Shown here in pieces: positions 21,179 to 29,661 of a DNA stretch of 64,000 bases (within the stretch, counting starts at the first letter, position 1; each line of letters starts with the position of its first letter). The notes beneath the pieces are model-generated. The model did no database searches, was not told where the DNA came from, and saw only the letters and a program-made list of their open reading frames with translations. Source of the stretch: an uncultured Planctomycetaceae bacterium (GTDB taxonomy: Bacteria; Planctomycetota; Phycisphaerae; SM23-33); the NCBI GenBank assembly GCA_964605095.1, contig CAZSBS010000001.1:4790-68789 (forward strand), written 5' to 3'. Position numbers and translations under genes: made by a program.

Positions 21179-21368
21179 GAACGGATCGCCCGGCTGAGGT
21201 CTGTTTGCTCATTGGCCAGGGGTTTTCCAGCTTGACAGTTTTCAGACCGCCAGTAGGATTGCGGCGGTAGCTGACACTCTCCTGTATATGAGGCCATCCT
21301 ATATCGGCCCTGGAAGCCCGCAGGAGTTGGCTGCCAACAGGTGTGAGCGCTTACAGGAAGGTCAAAGC

Positions 21369-22829
21369 ATGATGATAAGGCGGGGTGTTTGGCGGGCGGC
21401 CTGGGCTTCCGTAATCCTCCCAGTGATGCTTCTCTCGTCAACCTGCCTGGCTGCGGCCAATGGCGCCACGACGGCTCCAGCCGGTGAGGCAGCCAAGCCA
21501 GCCGAGACGCCGGGTTCGGTCGGGAAGCCTTCGACCGAGCCGCACGACTGGTTCAAGCCTCTCAAGGATATTCCCGCTGGGCCTGGCCTTCTCAGCGTGG
21601 ACATGAACGTTCGGACGCGCTACGAGTGGCAGGACAATTTCAACATCAAGGGCTACGGCACGGACACCAGGGACGACCTGCTGATGATGCGTACTCAGTT
21701 GGGCCTGGACTATCGCCTTGTGTGCCCGTCGGGCGCGACTGCCCCGCACTTCTACGTGCAGGCTCAGGACAGCCGGTACTGGCTCAGCGAGCTGGCGCGG
21801 GATGGTTTTCCGACCAACTGCCCGCATTTCGACCAGTTCGACCTCCGCCAGGCGTACGCCGAGTGGCGGCGTATCGCCGGCAGCCCGGTAGGCTTCAAAG
21901 TCGGGCGGCAGTCGATATTCTATCGCGATAAGCGGGTTTTTGGCCCAGGGGACTGGGGCAACGTGGGCGGGTACTGGTGGGACGCTGCCAAGCTCTACAT
22001 CGAGACAGAGGCCGTGGACGTTGACCTGATCTACGGCAAGAGGATCATCAGCGAGCAGACACGCTTCAACGACGAGTGGTACGACTTCGACATGGCCGCC
22101 GCATACGTCCAGATCAAGAACCTCCCGTTCATACTGGACCTCTTCTACCTGCTCAAGTACGACGACGAGGGGAAGGTTTCCGGCGAGACGGGCACGGGCG
22201 ACGAGAAACGCCACACCTTCGGCCTGCACGCCGAGGGCAAAGTCGAGCGGTGGGATTACGCGACGACCCTGGCCTGGCAGACCGGCGAGATTGGGCCCGA
22301 CGAGATCTGCGCGTTCGGCGGTAATGCGGGCGCCGGCTACACGTTCGACGCCCCATGGAAGCCGCGCGTCGGCGCGGCCTTCGCCTACGCCTCCGGCGAC
22401 CGTAAGCCTCATGACGGCAGGTCTAACACCTTCGACGGCATGTTCGCAGGCGTGGGAGGAGTCTACGGGTGGATGAACCTCGTCTCGTTGAAGAATATCG
22501 AGGACTACGAGATCAAGTTCAGCGTTCAGCCGTGCAAGAATCTGACCTTGGCGATGGAGTACCACATATTCCACTTGGCCTCAGACACGGACGGTTGGTA
22601 CTGGTGCAATGGCAAGAGCATCCGCCGAGACTCCGGCGGCGACAGTGGAAACAACATCGGCAACGAGATCGACATTTACGCGAAGTGGAAGATCTGCGCG
22701 AACCTGGAATTGCAGGCCGGCTACAGCCATTTCTGCGCCGGCTCGTTTGTAAGCGGCACCAGCCCCAACAAAATGGGCGGCAACGACAACGCCGATTGGG
22801 TCTACACCCAGTTGACCTTCAAGTTCTGA
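21369..22829 (+). CDS. outer-membrane beta-barrel protein (alginate-export/porin-like), signal peptide, C-terminal Phe
   Basis: MMIRRGVWRAAWASVILPVMLLSSTCLAAANG signal; alternating amphipathic strands; ends ...YTQLTFKF. Confidence 0.6.
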   Translation: MMIRRGVWRAAWASVILPVMLLSSTCLAAANGATTAPAGEAAKPAETPGSVGKPSTEPHDWFKPLKDIPAGPGLLSVDMNVRTRYEWQDNFNIKGYGTDTRDDLLMMRTQLGLDYRLVCPSGATAPHFYVQAQDSRYWLSELARDGFPTNCPHFDQFDLRQAYAEWRRIAGSPVGFKVGRQSIFYRDKRVFGPGDWGNVGGYWWDAAKLYIETEAVDVDLIYGKRIISEQTRFNDEWYDFDMAAAYVQIKNLPFILDLFYLLKYDDEGKVSGETGTGDEKRHTFGLHAEGKVERWDYATTLAWQTGEIGPDEICAFGGNAGAGYTFDAPWKPRVGAAFAYASGDRKPHDGRSNTFDGMFAGVGGVYGWMNLVSLKNIEDYEIKFSVQPCKNLTLAMEYHIFHLASDTDGWYWCNGKSIRRDSGGDSGNNIGNEIDIYAKWKICANLELQAGYSHFCAGSFVSGTSPNKMGGNDNADWVYTQLTFKF

Positions 22830-22842
22830 AAACGGGCAAGGT

Positions 22843-24021
22843 GTGACCATGAGACACATGACAAGGGCTATGCGGGTTTGGCTGTTTGCCTTTCTGGCGG
22901 CGGTCCTTGCCACCCCAGGCTGCCGCGACCAAAGCACCACAAGTAAAAGCAATTCGGTACCCGCAACCATAAAGGTGGGCCACGCGGGACACGACCACCA
23001 GCTCGCGTTGTACGTCGCAGCCCTCGAGGGCGAGAGGTTCCGGCAGCGAGGTTGCCCGTACCTCCGCGAGGTTAAGCAGTTCGAGATCTACGACCTCGTC
23101 GAGGGCGAGAAGGTTCTGGCCAGATTGCAGTTCATCAAGATGGGCGGTGGGAGTAATATTCCGGCCGCCCTGAGCCGTGGCGAGATCGATATCGGCTTTG
23201 GCGGGGTCACGTCGGCCGCCAAGTTCGCCGACGAGGGTCAGCCATTCAAGATCATCTGCCCGCTTCAGACCGACGGCGACATGCTCGTGATGCACAAGGA
23301 CTCTCCGGTGACCGACTGGGCGTCGTTTGTAGCGGCCGCCAGGTCCGGACCCAGGCCGCTACGGATCGGTTACAAGGCCCCGATGGCCGTGGCAAAGGCG
23401 GTATTCGAGGGCGGCCTGCTTGCCGAGGGCGTGAGTTTCGGGCCGAGCCTCGACGAAGGCCAAACTGGCGTGATAATGGTCAACTTCGGCTCGGAAAAAG
23501 GCCCCATCCCCTTGCTGGACAGCAAGTCGCTCGACGGGTTCGTCATGAACCAGCCCGGCCCCGCCCTGGCCGTCAACAAGGGCGTTGGCAAGATCATCTG
23601 CCACCTTCGCGATCTTCCCCCGGCCGGCAAGTGGATTGACCATCCCTGCTGCTGTGTGATGACACGCGAGCAGACAATTGCGTCGAGTCCAGAGGCGATC
23701 AAGGCCCTGCTCAAGACGATCCACCTCGGCACCCGGGAGATTCGCGACAATGTCGAGCTCGGCATCGACTGCGCCCACCGCTGGGCGAAGTATCCGCTGG
23801 AGGTCGAGAAGGCATCCGTACCGACTGTGACTTACGTCAGCGAGCCGTCGGAGACGTGGATCGAGGGCCTCAAGACCTGGCTGCCGATTGCGCAGAGTCA
23901 GAACTACTTCACGGGCAAGTACAAACAGGCCTCCGGCGAGCAGTTCGTGCAGGACCTCTGCTCGCTTGATCTCTGTCGCCAGGCTGCGGCGGAACTGCGA
24001 GATAAGGGCCTGCTCAAGTAG
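22843..24021 (+). CDS. ABC transporter substrate-binding lipoprotein (NMT1/SsuA/NrtA-like)
   Basis: 392 aa, lipobox LATPGC; adjacent permease and ATPase. Confidence 0.7.
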   Translation: MTMRHMTRAMRVWLFAFLAAVLATPGCRDQSTTSKSNSVPATIKVGHAGHDHQLALYVAALEGERFRQRGCPYLREVKQFEIYDLVEGEKVLARLQFIKMGGGSNIPAALSRGEIDIGFGGVTSAAKFADEGQPFKIICPLQTDGDMLVMHKDSPVTDWASFVAAARSGPRPLRIGYKAPMAVAKAVFEGGLLAEGVSFGPSLDEGQTGVIMVNFGSEKGPIPLLDSKSLDGFVMNQPGPALAVNKGVGKIICHLRDLPPAGKWIDHPCCCVMTREQTIASSPEAIKALLKTIHLGTREIRDNVELGIDCAHRWAKYPLEVEKASVPTVTYVSEPSETWIEGLKTWLPIAQSQNYFTGKYKQASGEQFVQDLCSLDLCRQAAAELRDKGLLK

Positions 24022-24038
24022 CCGGTGACGAAAGCACT

Positions 24039-24884
24039 ATGGCCGTGCCGTTGTCAAAGACGCTTAAGAAACTTGCACTGGGCGCCATCGTCCCGCTGGC
24101 GATCCTGGCACTCTGGCACTGGGCGTCTTCGGCGAGCGTTGTCGTCCCTTCGATCTCGCGGGTGGCTGACGTGTTGGCACACCCACTCCGCAGGCCGCCC
24201 GACCTCGACGCCACCAGCCTGGCTGACGGACTGACCGTCAGCGTGCTCCGGGTCGCCCTGGGCTTCGGCTTGGCGGCCCTGACGGCCATCCCGGCCGGGC
24301 TGCTCATCGGGCGGTGCGCCGCCGCCAGGGCGATTTTTCAGCCGACTATTTCCGCGGCGATGTCCATCAGCCCCATCGCCTGGATGCCTATCGCGATCAT
24401 AACCTTCGGTCTGGCAAGCCCGGCTACCGTAGCTTACGGCGACGGCGCGTGGCGCCACGATGTGCTGGACCAACTCCGCTTCGCCGTCGTTGCCGTGATC
24501 TGGCTGGCGTCGTTTTTCCCGATCGTTGTCAACACGGCCGCGGGCGCCGGCGGGGTCAAACAAGCCCACTTGGAGGCGGCGCGGGTGCTGGGTGCGAGTC
24601 GGAGGGCGCTGCTGACGAAGGTCGTCATTCCTTCGGCCGTGCCGTCAATTGTGACCGGGCTGCGGCTTGGCGCGGGAATCGCCTGGCGGGTGATCGTGGC
24701 GGCGGAGATCTTTCCGGGCACGCGCAGTGGGCTCGGCTACATGATCGCCACGTCTCACGAGCAGGCCAGCTACGAGTACGCCTTCGCGGCCATCATCGTC
24801 ATCGGGGCCATCGGCATCAGCCTGGACGGCGTCTTTCGCCTCCTGGCCAGCCGCGTCGGCCACTGGCAGAGCAAGGAAAGGTGA
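24039..24884 (+). CDS. ABC transporter permease (SsuC/TauC/NrtB family)
   Basis: 281 aa, 6 TM segments, EAA-like loop ...GASRRALLTKVVIPSAVPSIVTGLRLGAGIAW... Confidence 0.85.
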   Translation: MAVPLSKTLKKLALGAIVPLAILALWHWASSASVVVPSISRVADVLAHPLRRPPDLDATSLADGLTVSVLRVALGFGLAALTAIPAGLLIGRCAAARAIFQPTISAAMSISPIAWMPIAIITFGLASPATVAYGDGAWRHDVLDQLRFAVVAVIWLASFFPIVVNTAAGAGGVKQAHLEAARVLGASRRALLTKVVIPSAVPSIVTGLRLGAGIAWRVIVAAEIFPGTRSGLGYMIATSHEQASYEYAFAAIIVIGAIGISLDGVFRLLASRVGHWQSKER

Positions 24885-24886
24885 CC

Positions 24887-25648
24887 ATGCCGGAGCCAGA
24901 CGAGGCCATCCGCTTCGAGTCTGTCAGCAAGTGTTTCCTCGCGCCCGTCCGTGGCGAGGTCTGGGCACTGCGGGACATCGACCTGGCCTGCGAGGCCGGC
25001 AAGTTAACCTGCGTTCTCGGACCCTCCGGGTGCGGCAAGACGACGCTGCTTCGCATCGCGGCAGGGCTTGACCAGCCGACGTCGGGGCAGGTGCTGGTGA
25101 ATTGCCGCTGCCGTGCAGGCCGGCCCGGGCTGGTCAGCCAGGAAGGCGACCTGCTGCCCTGGCGAAGGGCACTGGCGAACGTTTTGCTCGGGCTGGAAGT
25201 CCAAAGCGTGCCCAGGGCTCAGAGGAAAGCCCGGGCAAGGGCCGCGCTGCGGCGAGTCGGGCTGGGAGAGGAACTCGAGGAGTGCTTCCCCCACGAGCTG
25301 TCCGGCGGGATGAGGCAGCGGGTCGCCATCGCCCGCGCCCTTTGCCCCAACCCCAGGATCATCTTGATGGATGAACCTTTCGCCAGCCTGGACGAGCCCA
25401 TGCGATACAGGCTCCAGGAAGAGCTGCTGGCCCTGTGGGCCCAAGACCCGCGGACCATCGTGTTCGTCACGCACAGCATTGAGGAGGCGGTCTTCCTGGC
25501 CGACCGAATCGTCATCCTGGCCGAAGGCCGAAAAGTCCGGGAGTTCGCCATTGAGTTGCCGCGCCCGCGCGATCGCCTCGCTGCGGAGTTCGCACGACTG
25601 CTCTTGGACGTCCGACGAAGCGTGGCAATTAGAGCATTTCACGCTTGA
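24887..25648 (+). CDS. ABC transporter ATP-binding protein
   Basis: ATG 24887 (track ORF starts spuriously at 24314); Walker A GPSGCGKTT, signature LSGGMRQR, Walker B IILMDEP. Confidence 0.9.
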   Translation: MPEPDEAIRFESVSKCFLAPVRGEVWALRDIDLACEAGKLTCVLGPSGCGKTTLLRIAAGLDQPTSGQVLVNCRCRAGRPGLVSQEGDLLPWRRALANVLLGLEVQSVPRAQRKARARAALRRVGLGEELEECFPHELSGGMRQRVAIARALCPNPRIILMDEPFASLDEPMRYRLQEELLALWAQDPRTIVFVTHSIEEAVFLADRIVILAEGRKVREFAIELPRPRDRLAAEFARLLLDVRRSVAIRAFHA

Positions 25649-25857
25649 ATGTATCCGCACGACTGGAACCAATTGCGGGCGTCGGAGCCGAACACTTCCT
25701 GCAGCGCGACCTTGATGGCTGCCAAGAGAGCCTCCCATGTTCGGGCCTGGCTTTTTGTAGGAACGTTTCGATTTTAGACCACATCGATTCGCCAAAGCCT
25801 TGACTGTTTACTGGTTCCCGGCATAAGATAGTCGTTAGTCTGCAAGAGCGACTGGCG

Positions 25858-27447
25858 TTGTTGGCGAAGTTTCCGTCGTTGGCGTCGTTGAAAAACTCTC
25901 ATCGAGCGAGCCTTATGGACTGGTCGGACCTGGTAAGCACGATCTTCATGACGATTTACACCTTCAGCCTCGTGATGGTGTCGGCTTACGGTCTGCACAG
26001 GTACGTGATCGTCTATCTTTATTACAAGAACCGTCGCAAGGCCCCTCAGGCGCCGGGCCGGTTCGAAGACCTGCCGCCAGTGACGGTCCAGCTTCCGATG
26101 TACAATGAGCAGCACGTGGCGCGGCGGATCATCGAAGGCGCCTGCCGCATCGACTACCCCAAAGACAAGCTCCAGATACAGGTGCTTGACGACAGTATCG
26201 ACGAGACCTGTCAGTACGCCCAGGCCGCGGTGAGCGAGGCTCGGGCCAAGGGGTTCGACATCGAGTACATCCACCGCGGCGACCGCACCGGCTACAAGGC
26301 CGGGGCGCTGGAGAACGGCCTCAAGACCGCCAAGGGCGAGTTCGTCACGATCTTCGACGCCGACTTCGTGCCCGCGACGGACATCCTCCAGCGGTCGATC
26401 CACTACTTCACCGATCCCAAGGTCTGCGTCGTCCAGACGCGGTGGGATCACATCAACCGCAACGACAACATGCTGACCCGCACCCAGGCCATCCTTCTGG
26501 ACGGGCACTTCGCCATCGAGCACGTGGCACGCAATCGCAGCAACCGGTTCATGAGCTTCAACGGCACGGCTGGAACGTGGCGGAGAACGGCAATCGCCGA
26601 TGCCGGCGGCTGGCAGCACGACACGCTGACGGAGGACTTGGATCTTTCCTACCGCGCGCAGATGCGTGGCTGGAAGTTCGTCTTTCTGCCGGAGTTGACG
26701 GCCCCGGCTGAGCTGCCGCCGGAGATGACGGCCTTCAAGGCCCAGCAGTTCCGCTGGACCAAGGGCGGTGCGCAGACCACCATCAAATTGCTGCCCAAGG
26801 TTCTGCTCAGCAAACTGCCGCTGAAGGTCAAGATCGAGGCGTTTTTCCACCTGACCGGCTTCACGATGCACATATACATGTTTACGCTTGTGGTGCTGAT
26901 GTACCCGGCGATGGTCCTCCAAACCGTTCCGCTGGAGAGCGGCTCGATGTGGCGTGGCGTGTTCGACCTGGGTGTGTTCACCTTGGCAACGCTGTCGGCC
27001 AGCGTGTTCTACGTCGCCAGCCAGATCGAGTTGTTCGGCAACTGGCGGCAGGTTGTCAAATACTTGCCCGTGCTGATGGCGGTAGGGGTGGGCCTTAGCG
27101 TCTCAAACGCCAAGGCGGTCCTGGAGGCGGTCTTTGGCCGGAAAAGCGAGTTCATCCGCACGCCCAAGTACGGCGGGTGCTCCACGGGCCTGCACCTGTC
27201 CGCGCCGCTGTCCAGCCGCGGCCGAAAGAAAAGAAGCCTGCTCCCGTACGTCGAACTGCTGTTCGGCGTCTACATGGCCGGCTGCACGATCCACAGCCTG
27301 ATGCACATAAAGGCGGCGCTGACGGCGCCGTTCCTGGTGATCTTCACGTTCGGCTTCTTCTACGTGGCGGTAACGAGCTTCATTTCCCAGCGGGTTGTTG
27401 CCCCCGCGGCGTCGGCTGAGCCGGCAGCGGCGCCGGCACGCGACTGA
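25858..27447 (+). CDS. family-2 glycosyltransferase, cellulose-synthase-like processive type (start may be 25918)
   Basis: DDS, DAD and QQFRWTKG (QxxRW) motifs; N- and C-terminal TM segments. Confidence 0.85.
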   Translation: MLAKFPSLASLKNSHRASLMDWSDLVSTIFMTIYTFSLVMVSAYGLHRYVIVYLYYKNRRKAPQAPGRFEDLPPVTVQLPMYNEQHVARRIIEGACRIDYPKDKLQIQVLDDSIDETCQYAQAAVSEARAKGFDIEYIHRGDRTGYKAGALENGLKTAKGEFVTIFDADFVPATDILQRSIHYFTDPKVCVVQTRWDHINRNDNMLTRTQAILLDGHFAIEHVARNRSNRFMSFNGTAGTWRRTAIADAGGWQHDTLTEDLDLSYRAQMRGWKFVFLPELTAPAELPPEMTAFKAQQFRWTKGGAQTTIKLLPKVLLSKLPLKVKIEAFFHLTGFTMHIYMFTLVVLMYPAMVLQTVPLESGSMWRGVFDLGVFTLATLSASVFYVASQIELFGNWRQVVKYLPVLMAVGVGLSVSNAKAVLEAVFGRKSEFIRTPKYGGCSTGLHLSAPLSSRGRKKRSLLPYVELLFGVYMAGCTIHSLMHIKAALTAPFLVIFTFGFFYVAVTSFISQRVVAPAASAEPAAAPARD

Positions 27448-27502
27448 CCTTTCCGGACGTCATGACGTCGGGCTTTCGCCCCGACGCCTCTTCTAATGGC
27501 AA

Positions 27503-27584
27503 TGCGAGAGGCGGGACTCGAACCCGCACCCCTTTCGGGACCAGGACCTAAACCTGGCGCGTCTGCCAATTCCGCCACCCTCGC
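27503..27584 (-). tRNA. tRNA-Leu (anticodon TAG), type II with long variable arm
   Basis: rc: GCGAGGGTGGCGGAATTGGCAGACGCGCCAGGTTTAGGTCCTGGTCCCGAAAGGGGTGCGGGTTCGAGTCCCGCCTCTCGCA; TPsiC-loop TTCGAGT; anticodon loop TTTAGGT. Confidence 0.85.
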
Positions 27585-27661
27585 GCGACCGCTGCCGCTC
27601 ACGGCGGAACATTGTCGCTTATAGAACTTATAGAAAAAGCCGGCCCGCCTTGCCAGCGTAT

Positions 27662-27706
27662 TCCGCCTTTTCCAGGTTCCGCCTTTTCCAGGTTCCGCCT
27701 TGTCTT
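27662..27706. repeat. tandem direct repeat of 16-mer ccgccttttccaggtt (2.7 copies)
   Basis: ttccgccttttccaggttccgccttttccaggttccgccttgtc in 690-bp noncoding region. Confidence 0.7.
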
Positions 27707-28151
27707 TTCCGTCGTTTCCCGAGTTCCGAGGGGCCTCCAGGGCTTCATTGTCCCCTGAAACTTGCAAAAACCCGACAATAAGAACGAGAATTACCATTGT
27801 CTTACACGGGGCGCCACGTTATGATTAGGTTAAGAGGCTGGATGTTTGGCTGCTCAGGCTTGATGGCAGGCCGGTTGCGTGAGCACATCGTCGGTGGCCC
27901 TGCGGCGCCGTACGAAAATATAAGTGAATGTTCGAATCTGGTTCTAGCTCTCCGGGCGAGCCGTTTCCAGGCTTGCCCAAGCGGGTCCACATCGGGCGGC
28001 CGCAAGGCGCCTTGGCCCGTCATGCCGATGGAGTACGTCTGGGCGATTTGGCCCGGCCGTACGTTTGCAAAGTGCCGCGTGCTCGGGTAATGCCTCCGGC
28101 GGGAGCACAGTTGCTTTTCCGTCGCGGCGCGAAGGTCGGGCATTGGCTCTC

Positions 28152-28276
28152 TTTTGCCGATTGCAACGGGCGCGACAGGCAGGTGGAAATGCGGTTCTCC
28201 GACAGGCCAGGCCTTTCGTGTCGGTAGGGACGCCCCGTTGCCGACGCCGAGGCCGCAGCGATGAGGAGATGCAATC
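28152..28276 (+). promoter_or_regulatory. conserved leader upstream of vWA paralog 1 (copy 1 of duplicated ~130-nt leader)
   Basis: ~80% identity over ~130 nt with 29527..29657 incl. shared RBS context gcgatgaggagatgcaaNcATGACC. Confidence 0.5.
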
Positions 28277-29491
28277 ATGACCATTGATTTCCGATGCGAA
28301 AACTGCGGGAAGCTGTTGAGTGTCGACGATCAGACCGGCAGCGCGGCGCGATGTCCGCATTGCCGCAAGAAAGTCACGGTCCCGGCCGCCCTGGCCGCAT
28401 TGCCCCGTCCGCACGTGCCGCCCACCGCCAGGTGCGCCACTGCTGGCTTGCCCGCCGTCGCGCAGGCGTCTGGCCAGGCTGATGGCCGGCCGGGGGAGCA
28501 AGAGCCCGTCGAGGGCGAGGCCGTCGCCGGCGCCATGGCCACGGCCATGCCATGGGTAATCAGCGCCTTCATGCACCTGGGCGTGTTCCTGGTCATGATC
28601 TTCTTCGTCATGGTGACGGTGGTCACCAAGATTCCGATTACTATCGACATACCTGAGGGGGTGAATGTCCATGAGAATCCTGGGGGCGTGATGAACCCCA
28701 AGACCGAGACGGTCTCCAAGATCGAAAGTGATCGACGGAGAGTCGTCAAGCGGGACGACCCCAAGCGGGAGGAACAGGTCGAGAGGGGCAAGACCGGCAA
28801 GAGGGTTGATCTTCTTGCTCCCTCGTCGGGTGGTGCCCGGGGCGGGGCGGCCGAATTGGGCCTGGACAACAGCGACGCGACGGGGGGGCCAGAGAGCACG
28901 TTCATCGGCGGTGGCGGCAGCGGTTTCCACATCGTGTTTGTGGTTGACCGTTCTGGCTCGATGGCTCCGACTTTCGAGCGAGTCAGGTTCGAGATGCTCA
29001 AGACCATCGCCCACTTTAAGAAGGAACAGGACTTTACGATCATCCTCTTCTCCGACAACCAGTACATCGAAGGGCCGCAGAAGCGCCTGGTCTTGGCGAC
29101 TGATGAGATCAAGGACGCGGCGACCGATTTTCTCAAGGACATAACCGCCAGCAACACGACCACGGTTTTACCAGCCCTGAAACGCGCGTTCGAGGTCCTC
29201 AAGTATGCCGACAAGGAGAAACCCGGCCGGCTCGTTTACCTGCTGAGCGACGGCGACTTTGCGGGCATGTCCGGCGGCTCGACATACACCGGCGCCGATG
29301 GCAGGGTCCTTAACGGCAACGAGGCCGTGGTCCAGTGGCTGCGGGACAACAACCCCAAGGATGAGGCGAAGGGCAGGATGCACGTTCACACGTTCCTCTA
29401 CCTCAGCAAAGACGAAGAGGCCATGAAGGTAATGAGAACCATCGCCCATGAGAACGGCGGGTGGTTCAAGCCAATTAGCGCCGATGAGTGA
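28277..29491 (+). CDS. zinc-ribbon / single-TM / periplasmic vWA-domain protein (paralog 1)
   Basis: FRCENCGKLL...CPHCRKKV C4 ribbon; TM WVISAFMHLGVFLVMIFFVMVTVV; vWA MIDAS VFVVDRSGSM...TT...LLSDGDF. Confidence 0.85.
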   Translation: MTIDFRCENCGKLLSVDDQTGSAARCPHCRKKVTVPAALAALPRPHVPPTARCATAGLPAVAQASGQADGRPGEQEPVEGEAVAGAMATAMPWVISAFMHLGVFLVMIFFVMVTVVTKIPITIDIPEGVNVHENPGGVMNPKTETVSKIESDRRRVVKRDDPKREEQVERGKTGKRVDLLAPSSGGARGGAAELGLDNSDATGGPESTFIGGGGSGFHIVFVVDRSGSMAPTFERVRFEMLKTIAHFKKEQDFTIILFSDNQYIEGPQKRLVLATDEIKDAATDFLKDITASNTTTVLPALKRAFEVLKYADKEKPGRLVYLLSDGDFAGMSGGSTYTGADGRVLNGNEAVVQWLRDNNPKDEAKGRMHVHTFLYLSKDEEAMKVMRTIAHENGGWFKPISADE

Positions 29492-29505
29492 TTCCGAGAA
29501 AACGC

Positions 29506-29661
29506 ATGTGTCAGACAAATGACTTTTTTGCCGATTGCCACCAGCGCGACGGGCTGGTAAAAATACGGTTCTCTGACAGGCAAGGGCTTTTGGCTTTTGT
29601 GTCGGCCGGGATGCCCCGTAGCCGACGGCGCCAGCGCAGCGATGAGGAGATGCAAGCATGA
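29506..29661 (+). CDS. 51-codon upstream ORF in leader of paralog 2; stop overlaps main ATG (ATGA)
   Basis: MCQTNDFFADCHQRDGLVKIRFSDRQGLLAFVSAGMPRSRRRQRSDEEMQA; homologous in-frame to 5' end of gene 30890 (MRQTTVIFAGICLAGG). Confidence 0.4.
   Translation: MCQTNDFFADCHQRDGLVKIRFSDRQGLLAFVSAGMPRSRRRQRSDEEMQA

Noticed and set aside
24314-24886. 191-codon N-terminal extension of the ABC ATPase ORF
   Set aside because: Overlaps the permease gene entirely; ATPase homology and a Met start begin at 24887
27503-27584. tRNA-Leu and tRNA-Cys (38315..38388) as integration sites of a genomic island
   Set aside because: No integrase, no tRNA 3'-end direct repeat found downstream, and flanking genes look like core metabolism; cannot support a mobile-element call
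27797-28227. Track ORFs 27797..28090 and 27928..28227 in the vWA upstream region
   Set aside because: No homology or start context; the 3' part of 27928..28227 is the frameshifted relic of the duplicated leader uORF rather than a gene
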